Shown here in pieces: positions 14,441-26,179 of a stretch of DNA of 64,000 nucleotides. A program made the position numbers and the translations under genes. The stretch's first letter is position 1; each line of letters starts with the position of its first letter. The notes under the pieces are model-generated. The model saw nothing but the letters and a program-made list of their open reading frames with translations. It was not told the DNA's origin and ran no database searches. Origin of the DNA: Hydrolagus affinis (Eukaryota); contig JAAILG010000320.1 of the NCBI GenBank assembly GCA_012026655.1, positions 1 through 64,000 on the forward strand, given 5' to 3'.

Positions 14441-16929
14441 TTGTAAAGTGGGTTGTCTGTATATTTTGTGGGTGAAATGCTGGAGTCAGTTGCAAAATAA
14501 AAGAAAGATTTTGCGACCGGGTGCAATGGAGAGTAGCACTCTGCTCTGTGCGTTTAGGGCTTGAATACATATCACAACACCGTGCACAGCACACATTGGA
14601 ATGCATCAATATTTGACCGCTGAAAGTAAGCTTAGGATAGCTGTGCACACATCATCAAATTTTTTCCTAGGAATTCTGCCAGGAATCTCAACTAAAAATG
14701 ATTTTTTTTTCCGTTGTCTGTTGCCTTTTGTTTTATAAGACAAGCTTTCCTCCCAAACCTGTGAGTTCATCTCCATGCCTGAACCATCACGTTGCATTCA
14801 AGGCATTTTTCTGAAGATTAAAATAGTCACATGTCTTGGTAACTACTGTACTGACGTCATATGCGCAGTGTCTAATTGAAGCCAGGAAAGGTTACATTTT
14901 CATATTGTTTGTTCTGCTAAATTATATTCCATTGTCTGTTTAAAATCTACACATTTACTGCAAAAAGCAGCTCTCTCTGGGGATGTTTTACATTGCATTT
15001 GTATGTTATGTTCAGGCCGTCTGCTAACAGGAATTTTGTTGTTGTTGTTTTTCTATACAAAAAGGTTTCAACAAATATTGTGGTACTTAAATACAGCAAC
15101 ATCGACAATGGACGTTTGCACAGGTTAAATGGCATAGTTAGCCTACATTACTTCATGATAGCATGAAGGATATCTCATCTGCATGGGCTGCATTCCTCCA
15201 GAAGTAAAATATGCACAAAGCACATTCCCTCCCACAAGTGCCTTTTGTACTCTCAGCCATACTGCTGTGGGATGTATTGGCTTGAGGTACTCCTTGCTGG
15301 GATGAGAGAAAGATGTCACTGTGCTGATAGCTACATTTAGGTGTTTTCCCAAGGTGGGTGTCTGAGCACATCAAGGGAAAGACCACGTATGACGAAAATT
15401 TAACCTGCAAAAAAAAAATCCCTCTCTGATGCTAAATAAGAACAAAGATTCTGGTAAATCTCCTTTCTTCAAGTGACTGTGCTATTTATACTTTCCTTCC
15501 TATTTCAATATTTTTCACTTAGCTGAATTAATGATGGAAGGTGTTCAAAATATTGCCTTGATGGCTCCATTTCTCTTCTGATAAGCACCAGTATTCAATA
15601 AGCACTCTTTAGAAATGGCGTAATGTATCACAATTTATGTCAGAAAGAATTTGAATTCAGCGGACCATGCAACTGAAATAATTCACCGTTTATTTGATAT
15701 TAAACTGGCAGAATAGATATGTTCCAACCACATGGTCTGTCCAGATTCCAAATAGTGTATATTGGAAGATGGTGTGGAGGGGGGGGGTGGCTGAGGTGTG
15801 ATAATTTCTAAGGAAGTCACTGTGATCAGTGGTAATTAATATCTGAGTGGTTTTCCCATGGGTATGTGGGATTTACTGATTAAGGTGGGGAATAAAAATT
15901 TGAAGCAACGCAATTCCCATCTCAGGGGTTGGTAGAGCTCAGGGGAGGTGGGGCGTACGTAGCACAGATCAACTCAACAGCAACAGCAACTAATAATAAC
16001 CAAGAATTGCGAATGTTTTTTTTCTATTATTTTGCAACAGATTTAAATCATTGAAATCAGGCATTGATTTCCAGTGATTTCATGCCTCCTTGACTTTAAA
16101 GATGCACAAATCCGTATCATTAAGTTTGATCTGAAACAGGGCTGCAAATAGATCAGTGTTAATGTATTCCTAATGAACAGATGGGTTTTAAGTGAGCTTG
16201 CTCACTCGCCCTCCCCGAGTCTCACAGTGCTTGACTGGGTCCTGTATATCAGGGCTCAGCTAACTGTGAAAACTGAGTAACGTGATCGGAATTGGAAATT
16301 GTTATAAACGAGGAGATTACATTTCTGCATCAATAAATCTTAATCCAGGAGGTCACGCATGGAGGACCAACAATTATAGAACTAATACATCTTCAGTTTG
16401 TTTGCAAGTCTGGGTAATAATGAGTGAAGCGAAAGTGTTTTTCTTCAATATCTTTCCCGAGGCTGAACCCTGAAACCTCTGCCTGCAGCTTGCCAGAATT
16501 TAGAGTATGTGTTCGGCTACAATTTCTCTTCATTACGGATTCATTATTACAGTTATTGCACAGAGATTTTTTTTTTACTTGAGATACAGCCTCTGCAAGG
16601 CAACTGCCCTCAGGCCAACCCACTACAGGCTATCTGACTGAAAATCTTTCCAAGAATCTTGACTACATCTGCCTGGATTTGGGGAGATATTGAAGTACTC
16701 CTACAAGGCATATTAGATTTTGAACTAATCCCACGGGACAATTTCAACCTTCTTCCCCAGGATTTGTTGGAAAGAACGGTCAGAAATAGCTTGCAGATCC
16801 GAATGTTACGCAGGTAGTCATAGAAGATTTCCTCCCAGTAGTGACTGGTTGACACAAGCTGAATGTTATCCACATCTACTGACAGAATTGACACAAAGAA
16901 TGCGCCTCAGCAGGCAGATGCACTGTACT

Positions 16930-17330
16930 GCTTAGGAACGTAGGAAAACAGGAATAGGAGAACATTCAGTCCATCAAATTTGTTCCACATGTGCATTAGA
17001 TCTCATCAGATCTTTCAATCCCAATAACCCACCCTTTAGCCGTACCCAGTATACCTCCACTGCCTAAGTATCCGTCTATCTCCCCCGGCCCCATGTCGTG
17101 CTCCACTGCTATCACTCTGTCTTCATTACAACTCTCATCCCAATGACTCGTCCTAAGGATATCCCATTTGTGTTAAAACCCACCTCCCACAATTTTTCCT
17201 GGTCAAAAGCCAAAAACGCTGAAAACAAAGGGTGTTTGTAGAGCAACTCAATTAAATGTGGCCTAGGCAGAGTGTGTTCTCCGACGAGGGATCTACCAAG
17301 CAAGGTCTCCTGTGTCCTGCCCCTCCATTA
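16930..17330 (-). mobile_element. Decayed CR1-like LINE 3' region
   Basis: AGGAACGTAGGAAAACAGGAATAGG...ATTCAGTCCATC resembles the antisense CR1 3' terminus; recognised from memory only. Confidence 0.4.
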
Positions 17331-17780
17331 CAAGTAAAACCAACTAATGAACTAACTAATTAAATTCTGCAGGGTGTTGCTGCTCATTTATTGGTAGGCC
17401 CGCCACTAGCAAAGGAAGACAATTTTCTCGCTGGGTTTCCCCATTAGAAAGCTCGCCGCTCACTGAAGAGGGAGCGAGAGAACGATACTCTTGCAGTATG
17501 AAATTAAATGAGCAACAAAATGACTTTCCACTCAGAGAGCCATCTACTAATTATAGATAGCCACCAGTATCAGAGACATTTATAATCACAGAGGCTTCAT
17601 TGCAACTCTTTTCTCACTAACAGAGGAGGCAAACTTGGAAATTATTTTTGGTGATTTTTTTGGGAGAGGGGAATAGAACGTTTAAATAATAAAAATAAAT
17701 TATCTGCTTATTGGTACACTGGGCAGCTGGGCTCTGATTTCAGATGATCTTATCATAAGACAAAGAGGATACTATTAAAT

Positions 17781-18065
17781 GATAATAATAATCCTTGCAT
17801 TCGATGTCGCTCTTAATCACGTTTTGGAGCTCTTCACAAAATATGCTGTAAAATGAATTGAATGTATATTTTATTTGGAAAATGCAGCAGCCAGTTGGGC
17901 ACAGCAGTGACCCACAAACAGTCTTGGATTGAGCGACCAAATTATTATTATTATTTATTATTTTGAGAGATTATTTTCAGGCATGTGGAGTAAGGAAACT
18001 TGCCCAGGGTTTATGCCCAAACCTCTTGCTTGTGAGGCAAGTGCTCTAGTCACTGAGCTACAGGA
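17781..18065 (-). mobile_element. Near full-length SINE with internal deletion in the head
   Basis: Tail AATAATAATCCTTGCAT, core, and head ...GTGCTCTAGTCACTGAGCTACAGGA, all in reverse. Confidence 0.85.
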
Positions 18066-20662
18066 AAACAACAACCACATTTTCAGAAAGCCTTTCAAGT
18101 CGGGAGGACATCCCAAGGTGCTGAACAGTCAGGACTCCACAAAGACTAAGCTACCACAATGGCTTGTGTTTAGAGGCTTACAGTTCCAGCCAAACCAGAC
18201 ACCATCCACTTTGATCATTCTGTTAAGAGCGGAGAAAGATTGGATTCAATCCACTACAGATCAAGAAAAATAATCATTCACACTTTGATAATCGATTCAG
18301 AGAGAAGAGTGTGTTCATTTCTCTCAGGGCTGTCACTGAAGGGAGGAATTGGGGTAGGGTTCCTTTTACACAACAGGAATCCAAGCAGAGGAGGATTATC
18401 AGTGGATGTATTGTGAATATGGAAGCGTGAGCTCTTTCATATGGAGCATTTCAGAATTTTTTTGGTTCGCCTTGGGGGAAGATCTTATTTTCAATTAAGC
18501 AAAGATTGTGCAATCCTCCCAGACTGACTTATTGTCTCAGACTTCCAGCCTTCCTTTCTGCAGATCAATGTACAAAGCTGTTCCCAACAGTGCCATACCC
18601 ACATCAGCTGAGTCATGCACCTGTCTGTCTGCCTGTCTCAGTGATTTTGTTTTTAAGTCTCAGACAATGCTCACTTATAAATGTAACTACTGTATTTTAC
18701 CTGTGGTTACATTGAGCTATTGTTGCTTCAAAAGGACTCGCATTCTTATCAATGAGTAAATGTTATTTTTGAAGTCTTTTCTAGTACTGTTCAATCAAAT
18801 GGCAATTGCATCCGATACTAATCTCCCTTGTAAGTTTCCAGGCTACTGAGTAACCAAAGTGGTTGTGGTTCAGAGATCTCTGTATGGATAGAGTGATCGG
18901 TAATTAGCACTGAGCTCACACAAGGAATAATTCTATCACCCAAAGCTGCTGTTTAATAAATGATGCTCCACTTTCCCAGAATATAATCACAGCACCTTAA
19001 GTTAGCTCAAACAGAGAAATGAAATGAGATGGATTTGCACAGAATGTTCTTTCCCTATTCCTTTGTTTTTCACAAGCAGTCCTTTACAGTCCTTTTTCTT
19101 CCCTCGCTACTTTTGTAGTTTTGTTTTTGATTATTAAAACTACAAAAAAAAAGTTTTAACCAATAAAATACGATCAATCTTTAAAAAGCCCAAAGTTTAT
19201 ACACTTGGGAGATATCATTTGAATGTTTATTTACTTTAGAACAGCTGCGTGTGTTGAGTCATACGGAAACTCATCAACGTGCCTTCAAGAGTATTCAAAC
19301 CAGATTGAGAGTTCAATTGCTTTCCACACACTCCTAGAAATCCCCGAGTCTGGAATAGAATATGCACTCTCTCTCTCTCCCTGGAGCGCCACACCCTGCT
19401 TTACCTAATTCTATCAAGTAGTGGGGCCAAGGTTGACAATAGCCAAGGCTTGGGGACAGCAGAGTGAGTGTTGGGGGTGACTGCTGGAGTCTAACCAGCT
19501 AACCACGCAAGCATAAGAGAGGGCCTCGTTCATAAAAGCCAAGGTCTGTTTATGTGAATTATGTACACGCCTTCATCTAAGAAAAGTACCTGAAAGCCTT
19601 TTGAATTGTCACAGCAGTGCCGATCTACATCACTGATCTGCATTTACCGCGTCTGACAAGTAAAATTGCAATGCAACTCTGTAATCTAGTGTCTTTGTGA
19701 GCTTGGCATTGTGAGCAGTGTGTTACAGTGAATGCTTGCACACACATATATAAAACAGTAATAAGCCAGTGTGTTCTGTGATGCAGTTATCACAACAGCG
19801 GGCAACAATTTGCATTTACATTTTATTTTTAACATTTATACTTTCGGTTATTTGCTTAAAGCATTTTTTCAGTCAGCCTGGTGTCTGACACATGCACAAA
19901 GCCATCGCCATGCTGAAGAATATACAAGCAAACCAAGCTAAGATTTTCACGCACCTCTCATGTTTACATGGAAATCCCAGAGACCGATTATTGAAATGGA
20001 ATGCACCCTCTGTGCAGGTTGGAGCCAGTGACTGGTTTAGAGATCCACCATTGACAGGACATTTATCAAAAGGTTAAAATTATTGCATCTCACTAGTGCT
20101 GCGAATTTCTAACATTTCATTAGAAGAGGAATGGCTTTTCCAATAATTAACTTTGGGAGAAACCCCCCCCCCCCCCTCCCCACCCCATCCTTCATCTGTG
20201 CAAAGTTGAGATGACAGAAGTATTTTAATTCCTGTGATTACTCATAGATATTGCTGAGCAGATGATTGCAGGCAGAGCAAGAGGTTGAGTGCCAGAGACG
20301 TTGGCTGACGCCTGGTTGAGAAAACAGAAACAAGTCATTCTGGAGCAGCTAATTGCAATGAATCTACTGCAATTTCATCCATGACCTGCTCCAAATCCTA
20401 AAGTTCGGTTCCAGCTAAAAGGGGGCAAATATACATCATTACACGGTGTTGGTGATTTGACGCGTTGCTGAGTTAGCTGATGGGACAAGTAAGTTACTCC
20501 GAGGCACTGTTTCAGAATGAATCTGGATCAAGTGCTTAAACAACTGTAATCTTGGGTTGTTCTTAACCCACACTAAAAATTCAATATCCCCAAGGGGCAA
20601 TGGCCCTTTGTGATACCATAAAGAGAGACTTTTAGTATGAGCTGCTGGTCTTGTTAACTTAA

Positions 20663-20885
20663 CCCTTTACCCAATATTCGGAGAACACTTTACAGAACAA
20701 CATTGTAAATTCTCCGGAGTGGAGTAGTGTGATATTCTCCTGCCTTCCCCTACGGCTACTTAGTTTATCAACCCAATTTGTTGTTAGATAATAAAATCCT
20801 TGCAATTGATATAATGCCTTAAAACGTCGCTGAGACGTCTCAAAGCACTTTGCAGCATATACTGTTTTTTTTGGCGGGTAGAGGG
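20663..20885. mobile_element. piggyBac-like non-autonomous element containing a SINE tail
   Basis: TTAA|CCCTTTACCC ... GGGTAGAGGG|TTAA: TTAA on both sides, CCC/GGG termini, 9/10 inverted match; SINE tail at about 20790-20865 inside. Confidence 0.55.
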
Positions 20886-22132
20886 TTAAAGATATATTAA
20901 AAGCTTTATAGCAAGTTTCTGCAGTTTAGTAATAAAGTGCTATTTTTAAATAGGATCCATTAGCTTTAGTAATCATTAAAGATGTGAAATGAAGTGGATC
21001 TCAAAAGCTTAATTAGTTTATTGATGTTTCAGGCCTTTTAAATACATTGGAACTTAACTGAGCAACATGAAAAGTGGATGAAATCCTTCAACGGTAGAGT
21101 GCAAAATAAAAAGGAGATGCAAATGAATCCACGAGAGTACAACAGCAAAAAAAAATGACATTTGTATAGCACCTTTCACCTTTCGGGAGAGCATCCCCCG
21201 TTGCTAAGTGAGTGCAGGATCGGGAGATGGAATTCTTTCTAGGGACAGTACAGACTGACTGCCCTTCACAAAAACTACCAACATAATTGGTGAAGCTAAA
21301 GAACATCCCTCTCACAATTTGAGAAACTCAATGCATTAGCCTCATCTACCGGAGACTATTTGCTTCATTAGAAAATGTGTGAGAGAGAGCAGCAACACTG
21401 ACAGAAATGTAAAGGGAATGAGATTAGAACAAATGATGCTCTAGAATCGATAAAGAAGGCTAAAGGGAGACTACATTTACCTATATTGTTTTTTCTCAAT
21501 TAAATTCGTTTCTGCTTTCATTTTTAAATCTATTTTGCAATAAGTTCACCCAAAAGTTTGGACTGTGACTTTCTTAGATACTGTACTTTCTCATTGTTAT
21601 GTGGTGACCTGAAGCAGTCGGGTTCCCTTCCTGATTTTCTAGCATCTTTATAAAAATATTATCTTTATAAAATTATTTCTTTATAGAAATAATTTTTAGA
21701 CAAATAGATCAACATTACTATGATCAACATTCAGCCCTGACTGGTTGCATTCAGAGTGGACAGTTGCTCTGTGCCAGTAGCAAGTGTCCCAAACTGCTAC
21801 ATGGACTATTGACTTCAGTGTATGTGCCACATTCTATATTGTTGTCTTATGTGAAAACGAACCCAATTTAAATTGTCTACTTTTCCATCCTGACTCACTA
21901 TCTGATGTTCCCTGCTGTGGAATGCTTGTAGAGGATTATCCTCAGTGGCTTTAATTAAGATCAGTTTAGATGGTGATAACACACACAAACATGTTTCCAT
22001 TTACTCAGTAGGGCAGTGTGCTAGTTTTGCTCTCCCCCTATTTAATTCCCCTTTTTAATTAATAATACATTACTTTGGTGTTCATTATTGGCCAATAAGG
22101 ATAAAATGAAACGCAGAGCAATACTTAAATAA

Positions 22133-22225
22133 ATAATAATCCTTGCATTTGATACAGTACCTTTCATGAGAAGAGCATACCTCCAAGCGCTTCACAGAAT
22201 ATACTCTAAAAAGGAGTGACTGTGA
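22133..22225 (-). mobile_element. SINE 3' tail
   Basis: AATAATAATCCTTGCATTTGATA...AAGCGCTTCACAGAATATAC. Confidence 0.75.
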
Positions 22226-22261
22226 ACTTGTACGCAAATGCTGAATACTTTTATATGGCTT

Positions 22262-22361
22262 NNNNNNNNNNNNNNNNNNNNNNNNNNNNNNNNNNNNNNN
22301 NNNNNNNNNNNNNNNNNNNNNNNNNNNNNNNNNNNNNNNNNNNNNNNNNNNNNNNNNNNNN
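22262..22361. other. Assembly gap (100 N)
   Basis: Run of N; true size unknown. Confidence 0.99.
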
Positions 22362-22908
22362 GGTTGAAAGAAAGTAGCTTTTAATGATATGAAAGGTTGG
22401 ATTGACATGCTGACATTCTGATATTCTCAATGTGGTGCAGCTAGGTCAAATCATACAGAATTAATCATTCTCCAGTGAAGAGCCAATGAAATCTGTGGCC
22501 ACACAACAACCCATGGGAGGCCATAATTAGTCTTATATTTGGAGGCATTGGGAGAAGGATTAGGGCTGTAATTGCAGCAAAGGAAATGAAATCTTTAAAA
22601 CACTTTTAAGAGCATGAGAATATCATGTACAGGTACAATAAAAAAAATCTTCAGCTGCTTATATTAGTTGGAAGACCTTTATCGTACCAAGTGGTTGACA
22701 TGGTTGAATCCCAACCACATGAGGAAGATGCAAATGAAGTAGCAGCACTATTTATATGGCTAGATGCACGATAATTTAAAAAAATTATTAAACAACTGAC
22801 ACCAGGCTATTCAGGTTTAATTCCCTTCTAATGACAGAGCGTGACTTTTAACTTGTTCATTTCTTATTTATAAAGCCAGCTAAAAGTACTTCAAGGCCTG
22901 ACACAAGA

Positions 22909-23200
22909 CAACAACAACAAAATTACAATTACAGAGCACCTTTCACGTCGGGAGGATGTCCCAAGGCACTGGACATCCCACTGGACCCTCCTTTTCAACC
23001 ATGCCTTCAGCTGCCTTCCTACCTCTCGGCCCTCCCTCATCTCAGCCTTGCCCCCCACTCTCCCATGCTTATGTCCTGATCCCCAACTGTTCAGTGCCTT
23101 GGAACATCCTCCTGATGTGAAAGGTGCTCTATAAAGTGCTGTGAAGTGCGCTGAGATGCCATCCAGCATGAGGGCGCTATATAAATTGAAGCTGTTGTTG
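22909..23200. mobile_element. Inverted pair of L2 3' ends plus an additional tail
   Basis: 22931-22973 and 23090-23132 are reverse complements (about 38/43 identical by eye). Confidence 0.75.
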
Positions 23201-23525
23201 TATAAATCTAATTTTGTTGTTTCTTCATATATTGTGGACTTTAATGTTTGCTGACCTTATTTTTCAACAGTTAATCTAACCCTCAAAGCGCTTCAGACTT
23301 GAATAAATTTAATAACTGTGGGTGCTTTAAGGGATATTACTTCTGCAGGAGAAATAGTTTTTGTTGTTTAGAAAATTGCAAGAGAACCTTGGTTTGCATT
23401 TATTCACCCTTCGCTTGATTCATCCCCAAAACACATTCATTACACTTTACAGTAGATTCTGTGGGGTACATTGAGATATTGTCCCGATGTGAAAGATGCT
23501 GTGTTAAATGTACAGATTATCATGG

Positions 23526-23795
23526 AGTCCTGTAGCTCAGTGATTAGAGCACTCACCTTGCAAGCGAGAGACCTGGATTCGATTCCAGGCAGGGCAAAAC
23601 TTTGGGTAAGTTTCCCTACTCCAGACGCCTGATAATTCCTCAAAAAATATTTGTCATTGCAATCCACGACTGTTTGTGGGAAGCTGCTGTGCGCAATTGT
23701 CTGCTGCGTTTTACCCCAAAAACATTTTACAGTAGGTATATTCTGTGAAGCGCTTTGAGACATCTAGAAGACATGAAGACACTAAATCAAATGCA
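23526..23795 (+). mobile_element. Full-length tRNA-derived SINE
   Basis: GTCCTGTAGCTCAGTGATTAGAGC...GGATTCGATTCCAGGCAGGGC head, then core and tail. Confidence 0.9.
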
Positions 23796-23926
23796 ACAAC
23801 AAAAAACAACCAAATTACATTTATAGAGCGCCTTTTACATGGTGAGGCCATCCCAAGGCGCTGCAAGTATTATTATTATTTATTTACTGCATTCTGACAC
23901 AGAATGTTTATAATGGAAAACAATGC

Positions 23927-24014
23927 CCCAGGTAGCAAGCCCATGTGGGGCCCATATGGGCATGGACCAACCCAATTTGTCCCATATGGGGCCCATATGG
24001 GCTTGCTACCTGGG
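23927..24014. mobile_element. 88-bp MITE with CCCAG termini (CMC/EnSpm-like)
   Basis: 34-bp terminal inverted repeats with 2 mismatches (CCCAGGTAGCAAGCCCAT...), flanked by GC on both sides (putative 2-bp TSD). Confidence 0.75.
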
Positions 24015-24899
24015 GCAAGATGTTTTTGAATAAGCATGTGGTTTATAAATGAAGAGATCTTTACTTTGTACAGCAATTATCTTAACGTGTGTTACAGTTG
24101 AGTTGCGCGGCTGGAGACATTGCTGGAGCACATCTAGACATTGGGCAATGTCACACCTTGTGGGATGTCCTGTTGAGATCAAACTCGCATTTAAAGCCAG
24201 ATTGAATGCAGGATTGTCTTCACCTTTCACTAACAGATTAGGTTTTGAACCCAGGTGAAAGAAGATGAAAACCAGATGATTGCAGGGAAGCTGTTACAGA
24301 GCTGGCAGTGAGTGAAAGGTCAAGAAAGACACTTACAGAGAAGCCGAGATGTCAATGTGATTCCTGACTGTCAGTATTTACTGACCAGCAGAGGATGAAC
24401 AGATCTGATCAGGTGAGACTGATGTACCCACTGCAAAGTCTGATAAATATTAGGATTAGTTGAGATCACCCTGCAGGCTGTAACAGTTTTACAGGTCACA
24501 TAGACAAGAGATGCCATGTAACGCATAAGTGTCACAGGGCACTGATTAAACAATTGTTACTGGTATGAAAAGGTCATACAGGATATTAGCGTGAATGAAA
24601 TCTTCAAGAAACGCAATTTAAAAATGGATGATTCTAATAGCTTCATCAGAAAATGCCTTCACCGAATGCCCTACATGTCCTCCCTCCTTCCCAAGTGAGA
24701 ATTGGTTTTACTTCAGTATCAGCCTAATGTCAGTTATGTAAAGATGATGAGTTTAACTTCCTGATTTTTAAAATGTAATTGAGCAGATCAGTCATTGTTG
24801 ACAAAACAGCCCATTTATCAGCAGACTGAAGGCTTCAGACATATTCTGTTATTTCTTTACTAATTAGAAGATTTACAGGAACTCACATTCCAGGGTGAA

Positions 24900-25215
24900 C
24901 TCCAGGGCTGTGCTGTTTGTCAGAGGTGCTGCCCATTGGATAAGATGATAAACCAAGGTTTTGTCTGCCTTTTATAAAGTCGGATGGAAATTACAAAAAT
25001 CCTAAACCACTATTTAAAAAGAGAAGTGAATTTCTCCCTATATCCTGACCAACAATCTTCTGGATAAAATTGGACATTCATTTCATGGCTGTTTGTGGGA
25101 TGATGTTTTGCACACAGTGGCTGCTTTTACCTACAAATAGTCACAACACTTTCTAGTAAATCTACTTTGTGACATCCTACTGACATGAAAAGCACTGTAT
25201 CAAATGCGAAGACTA
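24900..25215 (+). mobile_element. Older DeuSINE (AmnSINE1/SacSINE1-like)
   Basis: GTGCTGTTTGTCAGAGGTGCTGCC...GATAAGATGATAAACCAAGG...GGCTGTTTGTGGGAT...GTGGCTGC Deu-like domain and diverged tail. Confidence 0.65.
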
Positions 25216-25637
25216 TGATTTTATAGACCAGACCTATAATTTGAGAGCCACGTAAATAGCTTCTTCTTTAAAGACTGGAATATAATAATCTTCCAACGAA
25301 TACATTAACAAAGATAATGGAAGGGATTTAGGTGCAATTGTCAATCATTCACCCCAAGGTTTGTGGCCAACCTGAAGCTACTGTTACCAAAAGTGAGGTT
25401 ATTTGACAAAAAGTCAATCAGGCTCATTTTTAACATTTATAATCATATTTTGATATATTGTTAGTAATTTGGGGCATCCTATCTTCAAAAGGTTGGGCTA
25501 TATAGTCTGTGGAGGAGGCAGGCTTAAAGGCTGGGTGTCCCTTGCTCATTACCTGCTTTTTTGTTAAGTCAACTAGCATCCAAATAATTTGTTTCAATAT
25601 TTAAGAAAATATTTCTGGTCATGTCCCATCTCATCAT

Positions 25638-25942
25638 GTCCTGTAGTTCAGTGGTTAGAGCACTCGCCTCGCAAGCAAGAAACCTGGGTTCAATTCCAAA
25701 TAGGGCGAAACCTTGGGTAAGTTTCCTTACTCCACACTATTGATAATAATCCCTCAAAAAAATACAATAATATGGTCACTTCAATTCACAACCTTTTGTG
25801 GGACACGGCTGTGCGCAATTGGCTGCCATGTTTCGCTCACATATATACTGTAGAGTCAATTCACTTTAAAGTATATTCTGCGAAGTGCTTTGAGACGTCT
25901 AGAAGATGTGAAAAGTGGTATATCAAATGCAAAGATTATTAT
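25638..25942 (+). mobile_element. Full-length tRNA-derived SINE
   Basis: Same head/core/tail architecture as 1167-1471. Confidence 0.9.
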
Positions 25943-26038
25943 CTTCTTGGATTTACCCTGAGCAAAATAGCCAACACAAACTTTGACTGAACTGCAATAA
26001 GATGGAATGTGTATGTGTTTTGTGGATAAGATCTTATT

Positions 26039-26052
26039 GTGCCATCTACTGG
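26039..26052 (-). promoter_or_regulatory. Candidate CTCF site
   Basis: Minus strand CCAGTAGATGGCAC fits the consensus CCASYAGRKGGCRS fully. Confidence 0.5.
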
Positions 26053-26179
26053 TGCAATGTGTGAATGCAACAACATTGAACTGCAAGTAAACAGACAAGT
26101 ATTAAAGGTATTCAGTTCATGCAATCACACACTACAAACAAAAGGCTTTACACAGACAAAGGAGCCACGATAGTGCTTC

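Noticed and set aside
16610-16894. 94-aa minus ORF with coding-like composition
   Set aside because: No recognisable homology or convincing splice context.
23527-23596. tRNA gene
   Set aside because: Head of a multi-copy SINE; the anticodon varies among copies and the sequence runs straight into the SINE body.
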